Positions 55,099 through 64,000 of a stretch of 64,000 bases of DNA are shown here, one piece after another (within the stretch, counting starts at the first letter, position 1; every line of letters starts with the position of its first letter). This DNA is from Armatimonadota bacterium (GTDB lineage Bacteria; Armatimonadota; SYMT01), in the NCBI GenBank assembly GCA_046292385.1, contig JBKBRF010000002.1, positions 1-64,000 of the forward strand, given 5' to 3'. The notes under the pieces are model-generated. The model saw only the letters and a program-made list of their open reading frames with translations. It was not told the DNA's origin and ran no database searches. A program made the translations under genes and the position numbers.

Positions 55099-56265
55099 AT
55101 GAGAACGATGCGCAGGGAGCTGGACGAGCGGCTCAGCCGGGCCGCCGCGCGGTCGGAGAGCGAGGAAGCGAACCCGCCCGCGCCGCAGGGCTGGAAAGAC
55201 CTCTTGAAGGGGCTTCTGGCAGTCCACGTCGCCCGGTCGGCGCAGCGGGTCCTGCACGCTCAGGCAGAGCGCCCGCTGGCCGGAAGGCGCGGCGGCGCCG
55301 CGAGCAGCGTCATCGCGCCGCCCACCATCGTGCAGGCGCCGGTGGACGGCCGCGCCCGCGGGGAGGACGGAGCCGCCCGCGAGGCACGCCGCGGCGACCG
55401 CGCCGGGGCGGCGGCGGAGGGCGCGCCGCAAGGAGTTTTCGCCATCGCCAAACGGACCTGGAGCGAGTTCACGGCAGACAACGGGACGCTGATGGCCTCC
55501 TCGGTGGCGTTCTGGCTGGTGCTCTCCCTGATTCCGCTGGTGGCGGTAGCGGTGGCGATCTTCGCCTACGCCATGGGAGAAGCCCAGGCGCGGCAGTCGG
55601 TGCTCGAGTTCACCTCGCAGTTTCTGCAGGGGCAGCGGGAGCTGGTTTCCAACGCGATCGACGGGGTCTACGAAGCGCGGCAGACGATCGGGATCGTCGC
55701 CATCGCCACGCTGCTCTTTACCGCCTCCTCCGGGTTCGCCACGCTGGAGACGGCGATCAACGCCACCTGGCAGACGCCCAACCGCAGCTTCCTCATGAAC
55801 AAGGTCTTCGCGTTCGGGATGATGCTGCTCGTCGGCGCGCTCTTCGTCACCTCGCTGGCGATCACCGCCGCCGTGCAGTGGGCCGGGGACGTTTCGTGGC
55901 TGGCCTGGCTGGAGCAAAGCTACGCGCTCAGGGCGGTCGGTCTGCTCCTGCCGATCGCGATCTCCGGCCTGATGTTCACCTTCATCTACAAGCTCTATCC
56001 GAACGCGAGGGTGGGCTGGAAGCCGGCCCTGATCGCCGGCTTCGTCACGGCGGTGCTCTGGGAGGCGTTCAAGCTCGGCTACGCCTGGGTCAACTCCGGG
56101 GACAACACGGCGACCTACGGCACCCTCGCCGGCGTGGCCGGTCTCATTCTCTGGATCTACTACTCCAGCATGCTGGTGCTGCTCGGCTCGGAGCTCACCT
56201 GGGTGCTGGCCGGCTGCCCGCGCAGCGAGGAGAAGGCGGCGGCTCGCCCCCATCCGAAGGCGTAG
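55099..56265 (+). CDS. YihY/BrkB family membrane protein
   Basis: ASSVAFWLVLSLIPL, YKLYPN, YGTLAG..LWIYY..LLGSE; long N-terminal extension. Confidence 0.88.
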   Translation: MRTMRRELDERLSRAAARSESEEANPPAPQGWKDLLKGLLAVHVARSAQRVLHAQAERPLAGRRGGAASSVIAPPTIVQAPVDGRARGEDGAAREARRGDRAGAAAEGAPQGVFAIAKRTWSEFTADNGTLMASSVAFWLVLSLIPLVAVAVAIFAYAMGEAQARQSVLEFTSQFLQGQRELVSNAIDGVYEARQTIGIVAIATLLFTASSGFATLETAINATWQTPNRSFLMNKVFAFGMMLLVGALFVTSLAITAAVQWAGDVSWLAWLEQSYALRAVGLLLPIAISGLMFTFIYKLYPNARVGWKPALIAGFVTAVLWEAFKLGYAWVNSGDNTATYGTLAGVAGLILWIYYSSMLVLLGSELTWVLAGCPRSEEKAAARPHPKA

Positions 56266-56267
56266 CG

Positions 56268-56474
56268 AGGGAGAGGGAAAGGGAGAGGGAGAGGGATGAA
56301 CGATGAGGGATGAGGGATGAATCCGAACCTCTCGGGACGGGCACTCCTACTCCTTCTCGTTCTCGTTCTCCTTCTCGAAAGCTCGCCGGGTCAGCCGCTG
56401 CTTCGACCGAAAGAGCAACGCTCGGTGGGCGCTTTCTCCCACTCTCCCTTGCCCCATTCTCCCATTCAGTCCCC
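56268..56474. repeat. Composite repeat: (GAGAGG)n, (GATGAGG)n, CCGAACC, (TTCTCN)n and a structured core
   Basis: 56337-56444 is an inverted copy of 58771-58879; the left arm matches 8116-8160. Confidence 0.88.
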
Positions 56475-56484
56475 GCAGCGGCGG

Positions 56485-56982
56485 CTACTCTCCGCCCGCG
56501 CCCGGAGCGCCCGGAGCGCCGGGGCCGCCGAAACCGGGCTGCGGGCCCGGGGGCTGCGGATGCGGCAGCTCCGCGGTCGCCTTCAGCTTCAGCGACCCCG
56601 CGTCGAAGGCGAACAGCGTGTTGCCGCGGAGCACGTAGACGGTGTTGCCGGTCGCCGTCATCTGGGTGGCGGGACCGCCCATCATAAACGGCGGCGGGAA
56701 TCCGGGTCCGCCCGGCCCGCCCGGGCCGAAGCCGCCCCCACCGCCAAAACCGCCGCCGCCACCGCCGAAGCCGCCGCCGCCGGGCGGCCTCCCGGGAGCG
56801 CCGCCGCCGCCGAAAGCTCCGCCCGGTCGCGGCGGGTTCTGCGCCGCCTGCTGATCGGCCTGGCTCGCGCTTCCCTTCGCGCTCTGCGCCATGGCCTGGT
56901 AGCTGACCGCCATGGAGCCGCCCAGCAGCACCGCCGTGCCGATTCCGGCGGCCACCCAGCGGGAAAGTCCGGTCTGTCTCAT
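56485..56982 (-). CDS. Secreted Gly/Pro-rich small protein
   Basis: Signal peptide, GGGGF repeats, short folded core (VYVLRGNTLFAFD); AGGAAG RBS. Confidence 0.75.
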   Translation of the reverse strand: MRQTGLSRWVAAGIGTAVLLGGSMAVSYQAMAQSAKGSASQADQQAAQNPPRPGGAFGGGGAPGRPPGGGGFGGGGGGFGGGGGFGPGGPGGPGFPPPFMMGGPATQMTATGNTVYVLRGNTLFAFDAGSLKLKATAELPHPQPPGPQPGFGGPGAPGAPGAGGE

Positions 56983-57255
56983 CGCTTCTTCCTTTCGCAG
57001 CGGTCCGCAGCCGGCTGACCTGGGCCTCTCTGGCCGCTTCCGGCGCGGAGCGTCGTCCCTTCACTTCCATAGGACGCGGCGGAGCAGGGCAAGTTTGTGG
57101 CGCCCGTCAAAGATTTCCAACCGGGAACTGTAGGAAGCGCCGTGTCGTCCCGTATAGAGCCCGGGCCCGGCAGCCACCTGGGCCGGTTCGGGGGATAATT
57201 GCAGCGGGCCGGTGAGGAGCGAGCCGGCGCTCCCGCTGCGGCCCCGGAGATCTCG

Positions 57256-58737
57256 ATGACGCGGTTCTATGCCTGGTTCCTGGTGCTGCTGGCGGCGCTC
57301 GCGACCGGAGGGGTGGCCTGGAGCCGCGGCGAGCCGGCGCCGCCCGCGCCGGAGCCCGGGGTGACGCGGCACCTCATTTTCTGGCAGGGCGCCCGGGTGG
57401 GATCGATGGAGAGCCGCACCTTCTCCGTCACTCACCAGGACAAGCCGGCGTTGCGGTCCGAATCGCACATGCGGATCAAGATGACCGCGCTCGACCAGGT
57501 GATCGAGCAGGACGTGCGGACCACCCAGCTGACCGACGAGAGCGGCCGGCCCGTCACGACGCACCTGGTAATGAGCTCTTCCGGGCGGACCACCACCATC
57601 CGCGCCCGGTTCGAGGCGGACCGCGTGGTCTGCGCCGTCGACGCGGGCGGGCAGGAGTCGACCACCACCCTGCCGATCCCCCGGGGCGCCAACCTGATCG
57701 TCGATCCGCAGGGAACCAGCGGCCGCGGGGAGTCGCTGACGGTCGGGCGCAAGGACCGCTTCCACTTCTTCGAGCCGATCACGCTCACGCTGCCGGAGAT
57801 GACCTCCGAGGTGCTGAAGCAGCAGCAGCGGGAGATCGGCGGGCGCAGCGTGCCGACCTGGCTCGTGCGCACCGAGGCGAGCGTGCTGGGAGTGACGGAG
57901 AGCTGGGTCGACAGCGCGGGCGAGCTGCTCGAGAGCAGCTCCAGCGGCGGCATCCGGATGGTGCGGGACGACCTGCTGGAGGTCTTCCCGGCGACCGGCG
58001 AGCCGTCGCCCGCGCTCGACCTGGGCGACGCCACCTCCGTAAAGACGGAGGTCCGGATCCCCGACCCGCGCCGCACCCGCTCGCTGCGGCTCCGCATCAG
58101 CGGCATCCCGGAGGCGCGGCTCGTCCTCTCCGACTCCCGGCAGCAGGTGACGCACCGGGAGGGACCCGACGGCGCGCTGAAGGTGACCTACCAGCTCGCC
58201 GCGCGCCCGCTCCCGGAGACGGGCCTGCCGCTGGTCAAGCCGGGGACCGGCGGGCCGCACCTGGACGACGCGCCGTACCTGGGGCTGGACGATCCCGCCA
58301 TCCGACGCCAGGGCGAGGCGCTCGCGGCCGAGGGGGGAGACCGGGTGGCGGTCGCCCGCTGCATCCGGGCCTGGGTCTACGGGCACCTGAAGCCGTCGAA
58401 CATCGGCACCCTCCGCTCCGCCCCGGAGATCCTGCGGTCCCGGGACGGGGTCTGCCGGGACTACGCCACCCTGGCCGCGGCGCTCGCCCGCGTGGCCGGC
58501 ATCCCCGCGCGGGTCTGCAGCGGGATCGTCTACCACGACGACGGCTTCTACTACCACGCCTGGGTGGAGCTGCAGCTCACCGAGGGGGAGGAGGGCTGGC
58601 ACCCGCTCGACCCGACCCTGGAGCACGACTTCGTCGACGCCACCCACGTCAAGTTCGCGCAGGGGGACCCGGCGGAGATGTTCGCCTCCGTGCGCCTGAT
58701 CGGCCTGATCCAGGCGGAGATCCTGGACCACCGGTAG
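57256..58737 (+). CDS. Secreted transglutaminase-like domain protein
   Basis: GVCRDYA (Cys), YHAWVE (His), LDPT (Asp) triad; signal peptide. Confidence 0.9.
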   Translation: MTRFYAWFLVLLAALATGGVAWSRGEPAPPAPEPGVTRHLIFWQGARVGSMESRTFSVTHQDKPALRSESHMRIKMTALDQVIEQDVRTTQLTDESGRPVTTHLVMSSSGRTTTIRARFEADRVVCAVDAGGQESTTTLPIPRGANLIVDPQGTSGRGESLTVGRKDRFHFFEPITLTLPEMTSEVLKQQQREIGGRSVPTWLVRTEASVLGVTESWVDSAGELLESSSSGGIRMVRDDLLEVFPATGEPSPALDLGDATSVKTEVRIPDPRRTRSLRLRISGIPEARLVLSDSRQQVTHREGPDGALKVTYQLAARPLPETGLPLVKPGTGGPHLDDAPYLGLDDPAIRRQGEALAAEGGDRVAVARCIRAWVYGHLKPSNIGTLRSAPEILRSRDGVCRDYATLAAALARVAGIPARVCSGIVYHDDGFYYHAWVELQLTEGEEGWHPLDPTLEHDFVDATHVKFAQGDPAEMFASVRLIGLIQAEILDHR

Positions 58738-58770
58738 CCGGTGGCGTGGCCAGGTCCTTCTGAAGAGTTG

Positions 58771-58879
58771 GAGTGGGAGAAAGCGCCTGCGGGAGCGTTG
58801 CTCTTTCGTCCGAAGCAGCGGCTGACCCGGCGAGCTTTCGAGAAAGAGAAGGAGAACGAGAAGGAGTAGGAGTGCCCGT
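58771..58879. repeat. Inverted copy of 56337-56444
   Basis: About 108 bp with roughly 9 differences by eye. Confidence 0.88.
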
Positions 58880-59008
58880 GCCGCGAGGCCTGGAGAAGCG
58901 ATGGGCGCGGTAGGCCCGGTCGCTCTGGCCCCTTCCGAAGCAGCGTCAGCTCCTGCGGAGGGAGGTGTCCGCGCGCCCGGGTTGCAACAGACAGCGAGAA
59001 ACCGCTCC

Positions 59009-59767
59009 ATGAGCCTGGAGGAACGCCTTTTGAAACTCGCACCTGTCGTTGTGATTGCGCTGGCGGCGGGGTTGCTGTGCCCGTCCGGCGCGGGCGCGCA
59101 GCAGCCCGGCAAGCAAACTGCCGCCGTGCTGAACCGGCAGATCACCCGCACCGTCCGGCTGGATTACCTCGCGTACTTGCCCGCGGACTACGGCAAGGAC
59201 AAGGAAAAGAAATGGCCGCTCATGCTCTTCCTGCACGGCTCCGGGGAGAGCGGCTCGGACGTGGAGAAGGTGAAGGTACATGGGCCTCCCAAGCTGATCG
59301 CCGCCGGCCAGCAGATGCCGTTCATCGTCATCTCCCCGCAGTGCCCGAATGCGCGGGAAGGCTGGGACCCGGAAGCGCTGATGGCGCTGCTGGACGAGGT
59401 GAGCGAGAAATACTCGGTGGACGCGGACCGGGTCTACCTCACCGGGCTCAGCATGGGCGGCTACGGCACCTGGGCCCTGGCCACGGCGCACCCGGAGCGC
59501 TTCGCGGCCATCGCGCCCATCTGCGGCGGCGGCCGTCCCCGGGCGGCGGGCCGCCTCAAGGCGCTGCCGATCTGGGTGTTCCACGGCGCCAAGGACGCGA
59601 CCGTACCGCTTTCGCAGTCCCAGGAGATGGTGGACGCGCTCAAGACCGCGGGCGCGGACGTGCGCTTCACGATCTACCCGGAAGCGGGCCACGATTCCTG
59701 GACCGAGACTTACAACAACCCGGAGCTGTACTCCTGGCTGCTCTCCCACAAGCGCGGCGCGAAGTAG
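59009..59767 (+). CDS. Secreted alpha/beta hydrolase (predicted peptidase/esterase)
   Basis: FLHGSGE, GLSMGGYG, VFHGAKD, GHDSW; alternative TTG start at 59030 after GGAGGA. Confidence 0.9.
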   Translation: MSLEERLLKLAPVVVIALAAGLLCPSGAGAQQPGKQTAAVLNRQITRTVRLDYLAYLPADYGKDKEKKWPLMLFLHGSGESGSDVEKVKVHGPPKLIAAGQQMPFIVISPQCPNAREGWDPEALMALLDEVSEKYSVDADRVYLTGLSMGGYGTWALATAHPERFAAIAPICGGGRPRAAGRLKALPIWVFHGAKDATVPLSQSQEMVDALKTAGADVRFTIYPEAGHDSWTETYNNPELYSWLLSHKRGAK

Positions 59768-59937
59768 CACGCCGGTGCGGTAGAGTGGTGAGCTTTGCGT
59801 GAGGCGCGGACGCCGTATCCCGCGCCTCACGCAGCGCATGTCGAGCGACCTCTCCGAAAGCTTCCGCCGCCACGTCTGCCAGACCTCGCACTCTCCGCTC
59901 GGCCTGCAAGTCGTCTCCGCGCGCGGCGCTACCCTGC
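59768..59937 (+). pseudogene. Copy 1 of the aminotransferase leader plus first ~33 codons
   Basis: 59838-59937 matches 63211-63310 with 7 substitutions. Confidence 0.92.
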
Positions 59938-60033
59938 TCTCGCTGCTCTACTGCACGCGCGGGGGTCTCGACGTGCGTCCGGACGTCGCCTTCAGCGTCA
60001 AGCGGCCGGAACATCAGCGGGCGGTGCAGCGGG

Positions 60034-61023
60034 CTATTCCCGACGCTCCGGGCGGCCTGCCGAGACGGTCTGCAGGGAAGGGGCCGGTGACTCGGCAGCG
60101 GCGGCGGTGACGACCGGGCGACTGTCGAGGGCTGCCAGCTCCTCGCGGGCGGCGGCCAGGCGGACCGCCTCGGTAGCGACATCCCGCGCCGAACCGGCTA
60201 GCTCCGCAAACCCCGCGGCATCGAGCGTCTGCGTGTGCAGCGCCATCAGTCCTTCCCGCATGGCGGTGATCTGCGCTTCGATCTCGCTGCGCAGCGCCGT
60301 GGCGCGACGGAACATCAGGGCAGAGTGCTCGTGAGTCTGGGCGCTGTAGAGAAGGGCGCGGGCGCGGCGCTCGAGCGACTCCGCGGTGACGCGGTCCGGC
60401 TCTGTCGCCGCCTGCTGCTCCAGCGCCCGTGCCTCCTCCCGCAGCGCGGTGGTATCGAGCGGCGTCGTCTCAATCGGCGGCAGTCGCTCGATCGCCGCGG
60501 CCAGGCTGCCCAGCGCCTCCCGCACGTTCTGCTCGGCGGCTGCGGGTCCCTGCTGGCGAACCGCGTCGCGCACCAGCTCGAGAAAGCGGCGCTCCATCGA
60601 CCCCGTGGTCTTCTCCAACAGCCGGTCCACCTCTTCGGCGGCGAGCGGCGCTTCGAGCAGCCGGCGGAAACGCGCCCGCGCCCAGCCGATGCCGATCGAC
60701 GCGAACGTGAGACCCACGGTCCCCACGTAGAGCGGGAGGAGCGCGGCCGGCGCGTGCATCGGGATCATGAGCACGATGGAGCCGAGGACCGACACCGGAA
60801 TGGCGGGAAGCAGCGGGACAAACCAGTTGCTGATCGCTTGCCGGGCCGCTGGAACGAGGGCGGCGGCGCTGCTCTCGTCCAGATCCATTCCCTCGCTGCA
60901 GAAGCGGCCGACGACGCCGAGGTGCGGCGCCGGCGCCTCCGCGCCCACCTTCTCGGCCGAGTCACGGGCCAGCAGGAACCGCACGTGCCAGGCGAGCCCC
61001 AGATCCTTCGGAACGATGCGCAT
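60034..61023 (-). CDS. Hypothetical 2-TM + coiled-coil protein (cargo 1)
   Basis: 329 aa ORF, AGAGGT RBS, two hydrophobic helices then a long Ala/Glu/Arg helical region. Confidence 0.75.
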   Translation of the reverse strand: MRIVPKDLGLAWHVRFLLARDSAEKVGAEAPAPHLGVVGRFCSEGMDLDESSAAALVPAARQAISNWFVPLLPAIPVSVLGSIVLMIPMHAPAALLPLYVGTVGLTFASIGIGWARARFRRLLEAPLAAEEVDRLLEKTTGSMERRFLELVRDAVRQQGPAAAEQNVREALGSLAAAIERLPPIETTPLDTTALREEARALEQQAATEPDRVTAESLERRARALLYSAQTHEHSALMFRRATALRSEIEAQITAMREGLMALHTQTLDAAGFAELAGSARDVATEAVRLAAAREELAALDSRPVVTAAAAESPAPSLQTVSAGRPERRE

Positions 61024-61150
61024 CGAAGACCTCTAACGCCTCCCATCTCTATCTAGGCACATGCATGGGAGCTATTCCTCCGCGAAGCTACGCACGATGT
61101 CCCGCGAGCGCTCCAATGCCGCTTAACGCGCAGAGTGCCACGCGACCCCT

Positions 61151-61375
61151 CGGCTCGCGGCGCGATCCTGCCACGGGGTAGCGGCCCCGGGTCCGGTCCC
61201 GCGTCACGGCGGGTGGGCGCCCGTGCGCGGGGAGCCACGCCGGCGCGGTGGGGTGTTAAGCTTTGCGTGAGGCGCGGCCGCCGTCCCCCGCGCCTCACGC
61301 TGCGCATGTCGAGTGATCTCTCCGAAAGCTTCCGCCGGTACGTCTGCCAGACCTCGGACTCTCCGATCAGGCTGC
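61151..61375 (+). pseudogene. Copy 2 of the aminotransferase upstream region, leader and first ~23 codons
   Basis: Matches 63056-63280; ATG at 61306. Confidence 0.92.
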
Positions 61376-61403
61376 GCGGTGCGCGAGGAAGTAAGCGACA
61401 TAC

Positions 61404-62204
61404 TTAAACCCCGCTGGCACCTCGCTGCGTCAACTCCCGTTCCGCAGCACCGATCGCGATGAACTCGAAGGCCGTTGCGTAGTAGGTCTCCAGTTCATCA
61501 AGCACACGAGCATCTGTGCCGGCATCTGCCTGCTCTCTCACCCAGTTGGCGAAGATGCGCATGAGCGCTGCCGTATCGGTGCTGTTCATCAGTTCGCTGG
61601 CCAGGAGCAGGTAGTTCCAGTTGAACTGCTCCGAATCTTCCCTGGGTCGGAATTGCCGACGCGTGCAGAACTGCGTGTAATCACTTCGGAAGGCGCCGGG
61701 ACGCCTGGGCCTACCCCACAAGACGCTCTGCCATACCACCGCGCCGTCGTAGATTGGAATGAGCCGCGGGTTGAAGAAGTGAAGGAACTTCGCTACAGCC
61801 ATGTGGGGATATCGGGTGGTCTGCTTCAGGCTCCGCAGTAGCCTCAAGCACCCGAGGACCCTCGCCTCGTCGCGGGGAGGACGCGCGCTCAGCAGGGTCA
61901 TACTGGAGCGTGACACCGGTCCACAAGCACTCACAAGCGTCTGATAGACCGTAGCCGAATCCCAGTAGCCACCTCCCGGATTACGGAACACGCCCCAGTA
62001 GCTCCGCAGTTCCTCATAGATGAGGTCGAACGCCTGGACCCGCTGCTGTTCCCCCAAGTTGGAGTCGAAAGCGTCCTTGGCAAAAGCGTACAGGGCCAGC
62101 TTTCGCGGGATCGGCCAGTTCAACCGGTCTGTAGAGGTAGCGGCCGCGTACGCGTCGAGCGCCACGCTGACGTTTTCAGGGCGGAAATAGTCTTGAAGTG
62201 ACAC
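61404..62204 (-). CDS. Hypothetical protein with HhH DNA-glycosylase-like motif (cargo 2)
   Basis: AVAKFLHFFNPRLIPIYDGAV; GGAGAG RBS and GTG start; lower GC. Confidence 0.6.
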   Translation of the reverse strand: MSLQDYFRPENVSVALDAYAAATSTDRLNWPIPRKLALYAFAKDAFDSNLGEQQRVQAFDLIYEELRSYWGVFRNPGGGYWDSATVYQTLVSACGPVSRSSMTLLSARPPRDEARVLGCLRLLRSLKQTTRYPHMAVAKFLHFFNPRLIPIYDGAVVWQSVLWGRPRRPGAFRSDYTQFCTRRQFRPREDSEQFNWNYLLLASELMNSTDTAALMRIFANWVREQADAGTDARVLDELETYYATAFEFIAIGAAERELTQRGASGV

Positions 62205-62257
62205 GCTTGTCTCTCCGGGTCAACCGATGACGGCATTTGGGCTGCGCAGGTGGCGGA

Positions 62258-62728
62258 CTAACTGCCCAGCTTCTCCAAGACTGCGAGCACGGCTGCTGCC
62301 TGCCCCTCGGACATCGAGTAGCTCATCCGCGCCCCATCCCAGAATTCTTCGAACACCTTCACGTGCGTTGAGAGCTCGCCGTTGCGGATCAGGCGGTTCT
62401 GGGACCGCTTCATCACAGATCGGAGCCCGGCAATTGAGCGCGGCTCGGGATGATTGAGCATCTGCGCGAGATCGGCAGCGGTCAAGACCTCCGGGGCATG
62501 CTCGGCGAGCATCCGCAGGAACGCACGGACGTTGGTCGTCGCATCGCGGATGACAGCTTCCAACTCCGGACCAGCTTCGCGGGCTGGCGCGGAAGCATGC
62601 GTCGCCAAGCTGATGGGTGCCTGCGCGTCGCCCCACCGGGCGTTCAAGTCGCTGATGACCTTCGAAACGTCATCGAGCGGTACGCCCGAATACTGGATCT
62701 GGATGGACACGGTAACGGTGGGGATCAT
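62258..62728 (-). CDS. Putative winged-HTH regulator (cargo 2)
   Basis: RAFLRMLAE..LTAADLAQML..RSIAGL followed by a beta-wing; AGAGGA RBS. Confidence 0.6.
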   Translation of the reverse strand: MIPTVTVSIQIQYSGVPLDDVSKVISDLNARWGDAQAPISLATHASAPAREAGPELEAVIRDATTNVRAFLRMLAEHAPEVLTAADLAQMLNHPEPRSIAGLRSVMKRSQNRLIRNGELSTHVKVFEEFWDGARMSYSMSEGQAAAVLAVLEKLGS

Positions 62729-62775
62729 GGGGGGTCCTCTTGAATGAACGGGTGCTCTACCTTCAGCACAAGCAG

Positions 62776-62820
62776 AGGATAGCGTATTGTTTAAGGGCCG
62801 TCAAGAATTCTTAAACAATA
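62776..62820 (-). promoter_or_regulatory. Sigma70 promoter overlapped by an 11-bp inverted-repeat operator
   Basis: Minus strand TTGACG (62804-62799), 17 nt, TATCCT (62781-62776); TATTGTTTAAG-N14-CTTAAACAATA at 62785-62820. Confidence 0.8.
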
Positions 62821-63169
62821 GCGCTCATACGACGAAGGCTTTGACGAACGCAGCCTGAGAGGGTCTGCAGGTTAATCGTGCTGCGGGTCGGAGAGCCTCT
62901 ACCCAAAGTGCGGGAAAGAATCCGAAGGCGCTGGCACCAAGACATGCCGATGGCCACCGCTCGGCCCATTAAGGCAACTCACACAACCCGCGTGCCTAGA
63001 TCGCGCTGACGCTCCTGTTTGATGAGGCCGAGGAGGTTCTCTCCAGCCGATCCGCCGGGTTCGCGGAGCGATCCTGCCACCGGGTAGCGGCCCCGGTCCG
63101 GTCCCGCGTCACGGCGGGCCGCCGCCCGCGCGCGGGGAGCCACGCCGGCGCGGCGGGGTGTTAAGCTTT

Positions 63170-63205
63170 GCGTGAGGCGCGGCCGCCGTCCCCCGCGCCT
63201 CACGC
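63170..63205 (+). promoter_or_regulatory. 13-bp leader hairpin 5 nt before the aminotransferase ATG, after a TGTTAAGCT extended -10-like motif
   Basis: GCGTGAGGCGCGG-N10-CCGCGCCTCACGC; stem identical in all three copies. Confidence 0.65.
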
Positions 63206-63210
63206 TGCGC

Positions 63211-64000
<790 letters not shown>

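Noticed and set aside
56690..56830. GCC/CCG-rich tandem repeat
   Set aside because: It encodes the Gly-rich tract of the 56485..56982 protein

Overview
High-GC bacterial chromosomal window. sepF/yggS together with outer-membrane beta-barrel genes and planctomycete-type DUF1501/PSCyt modules suggest a diderm Terrabacteria lineage such as Armatimonadota (inference). It carries about 40 mostly housekeeping, metabolic or envelope genes, including mqnC, a sulfatase, two DUF1501 genes, a PSCyt gene, a Mo-oxidoreductase, a STAND adenylate cyclase, argA, an M16 peptidase, vapBC, a Tm-1-like pair, ZIP, sepF/yggS, gdhA, fxsA, yihY, a transglutaminase and a class-III aminotransferase. No rRNA, tRNA, CRISPR, integrase or transposase was seen. 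Main observations: (1) a serial insertion hotspot at 59.8-63.3 kb, where the promoter, leader hairpin and 5' end of the aminotransferase occur three times, each truncated copy followed by opposite-strand cargo; one cargo is an apparently autoregulated wHTH + HhH-glycosylase-like operon; (2) nested intergenic repeats with 6/7/8/9-nt periodic arms sharing CCGAACC/GGTTCGG junctions and a CTGCTGCGGCCCCG core; (3) an ABC exporter fused to a CBS pair and RCK_C; (4) a divergent flavin halogenase-like gene with two tandem SnoaL paralogs, near a decayed vanadium haloperoxidase/beta-barrel pair. All calls come from motif recognition by eye; no database searches were run.
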